From contig JADJSK010000008.1 of assembly GCA_016711705.1 (NCBI GenBank), forward strand, positions 3,803 through 67,802: DNA of 64,000 nucleotides, in the 5' to 3' direction. The stretch comes from Candidatus Brachybacter algidus. Lineage in GTDB: Bacteria; Bacteroidota; Bacteroidia; Chitinophagales; Saprospiraceae. Below the pieces are notes generated by a model, which was not told the origin of the DNA, searched no databases, and saw only the letters and a program-made list of their open reading frames with translations. The position numbers and the translations under genes were made by a program. Below, in pieces: positions 62,610 through 64,000 of the stretch. Each line of letters begins with the position of its first letter. Position 1 is the stretch's first letter.

Positions 62610-63137
62610 ATGGCAATTTATCAATATTATTTAGCATTTATTCCTAAAATTGGAATACTTAAAAAACACGAAGTAATTCCAAATCAGATTGAAATAAGTA
62701 AAGAAACTGAATATTTTGAAGCAAATACAGATGAATATTGGGAATTAGCTCAAGTAACTTTTCACGAGATTAAATTGGAAATTGACAAAATTGTTGAAAA
62801 AGCAAATTGGGGAAATAAAAATGACAGTTTTAATTGGAAAACTTATAAAGACGAAATAGATAATGATGCTTCGATGTTAATAAAACCTGAAACTGAAAAG
62901 ATAATTGAACTTTCATTCAGAGCTGATTTAAGAGAACCTAATTTAAAATTTTTATATGGAATGTTGGAATTGGCTAAAAATTATAAAATGATGCTTATGG
63001 ACAGAAAAGGAAACTTAATAAACCCAAATTTTGATGAATTAAAAACTTTTATAAAAATGTCAAATTCTTTTAAATTTATTGAAAATCCAGAAAAATTTAT
63101 TGATGATTTGCATACCGGAAAAATAAATATTGAATAA
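62610..63137 (+). CDS. Hypothetical protein (orphan, very AT-rich gene)
   Basis: 175-aa ORF with no signal peptide and no domain I recognise. Composition is visibly more AT-rich than its neighbours. Confidence 0.5.
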   Translation: MAIYQYYLAFIPKIGILKKHEVIPNQIEISKETEYFEANTDEYWELAQVTFHEIKLEIDKIVEKANWGNKNDSFNWKTYKDEIDNDASMLIKPETEKIIELSFRADLREPNLKFLYGMLELAKNYKMMLMDRKGNLINPNFDELKTFIKMSNSFKFIENPEKFIDDLHTGKINIE

Positions 63138-63224
63138 ATAACCAGACACTTATCGAGTAGACGGCCTCACCAGATTACTACGATGTATGTGCGGTTCACA
63201 CCACCCCAATATCATTAAGTTAAG

Positions 63225-63284
63225 GCCATATGTTCATTCAAAATATCTCGGTGCGCTGCACCTTGGAGCAGCCTTAATACGAAC
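63225..63284 (-). repeat. Inverted remote copy of the right half of the 24590-24743 element
   Basis: 63241-63284 is the exact reverse complement of 24701-24744 (44 nt). Similarity extends to 63225 with 2 mismatches. Confidence 0.9.
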
Positions 63285-63339
63285 TCCATAAATCTAGTTT
63301 CCTCATTCCACTTTCTATTGTCATCCTCGATTTGTATTA

Positions 63340-63467
63340 GATTCCTCGTTTCACTCGGAATGACATCATAATCTATTTTTTGGGAAGTTAAGCGGTGGCA
63401 CAGCCACCGCCTAACTTCCCCCTTAAACCCCAGACACTGATCGTCATTCCGAGCTACGCGAGGAATC
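63340..63467. repeat. Inverted pair of gtcattccgag...cgaggaatc REP-like units flanking an 18-bp hairpin (63382-63420)
   Basis: gattcctcgtttcactcggaatgac (63340-63364) and gtcattccgagctacgcgaggaatc (63443-63467). The hairpin is gggaagttaagcggtggc-aca-gccaccgcctaacttccc (1 mismatch). Confidence 0.85.
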
Positions 63468-63527
63468 TTCCCCTATATAACTAAATTTAATGTGCTGTAA
63501 ATTAAGTAATTAAAATAATTAGTAATA

Positions 63528-63562
63528 GCTCCCCCTTGGCCCCCTCAAACAAGGGGGATATG
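63528..63562 (+). repeat. Fifth, more diverged copy of the GC-hairpin element
   Basis: gctcccccttggccccctcaaacaagggggatatg. Confidence 0.75.
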
Positions 63563-63712
63563 TTTTCACCGCTTACTCTTCACTCTTATTTTTACCTTTT
63601 TAATTTTGGAAGCAAAGCATTACAGTGGAACCAACATCTAATCGCGCAGCTGCGGGACCATCTACCTTTGTTTGTTAACTGCCGAAACTTGAGTACTTAA
63701 AACTAATTAAAA

Positions 63713-64000
63713 ATGCAAAATTTACCAATCTACGTTTACATCACATTTGGTGTTACTGTACTCGCTGCTATCTTGCTTTTCTTCAGAGCCACCAATTATT
63801 CGAAGCCATTTATTATTGGTTCGCTTTCTTGGATAGGACTTCAGTCAGCGCTAGCCATTTCGGGGTTTTACAATGATACTGCCACCATGACGACAAGATT
63901 TACCTTGTTATTTCTGCCGGCGCTGCTTTATATATTGTCGCTGTTCTTCTTTAAGAAGGGAAGGCAAATTATTGATGACTTGAATTTGCCAACGCTTACA
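63713..64000 (+). CDS. Hypothetical integral membrane protein, 5' part (runs off the window)
   Basis: Hand translation gives MQNLPIYVYITFGVTVLAAILLFFRATNYSKPFIIGSLSWIGLQSALAISGFYND.... The frame is open to base 64000, with several hydrophobic spans. Confidence 0.5.
   Translation, partial: MQNLPIYVYITFGVTVLAAILLFFRATNYSKPFIIGSLSWIGLQSALAISGFYNDTATMTTRFTLLFLPALLYILSLFFFKKGRQIIDDLNLPTLT

Overview
AT-rich Bacteroidota chromosomal segment. The phylum call rests on the T9SS translocon sprA, two metalloproteases with T9SS C-terminal sorting domains, a UpxY-family antiterminator, a TTTG-N19-TAnnTTTG promoter, and a Rho with a long N-terminal insertion. Bases 1-15600 form one minus-strand nucleotide-sugar supply block: HTH regulator, upxY, ugd, a UDP-GalNAcA dehydrogenase/epimerase pair, rfbB, pseB-pseC-pseF-pseG/H-pseI, rfbA. 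The rest is housekeeping (serS, rho, rpmH-rnpA, dapF, etfBA, galE, ruvA), redox and envelope proteins, secreted peptidases, a Pif1-HRDC helicase and a PLD lipoprotein. I found no rRNA, tRNA, CRISPR array, transposase or integrase. Two things stand out. (1) Nearly every intergenic spacer holds modular repeats. These include degenerate 7-8 nt tandem arrays (like cyanobacterial STRR) arranged as arm-core-arm units, a GC-rich hairpin family with 5 copies, and a nested palindromic element. Both four-helix-bundle (23S-rRNA-IVS-type) genes sit inside inverted repeat arms that would enclose the ORF in a long RNA stem. I think this IVS-like cassette architecture within an mRNA operon is the most novel signal. 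(2) Many conserved genes have broken reading frames, mostly one-base changes at short mononucleotide runs. By hand translation I count 10 lesions in the pseudaminic-acid genes and none in the adjacent 5 kb. That points to pathway decay or locally poor consensus. All coordinates and alignments were derived by hand from the sequence and ORF track; no searches were run.
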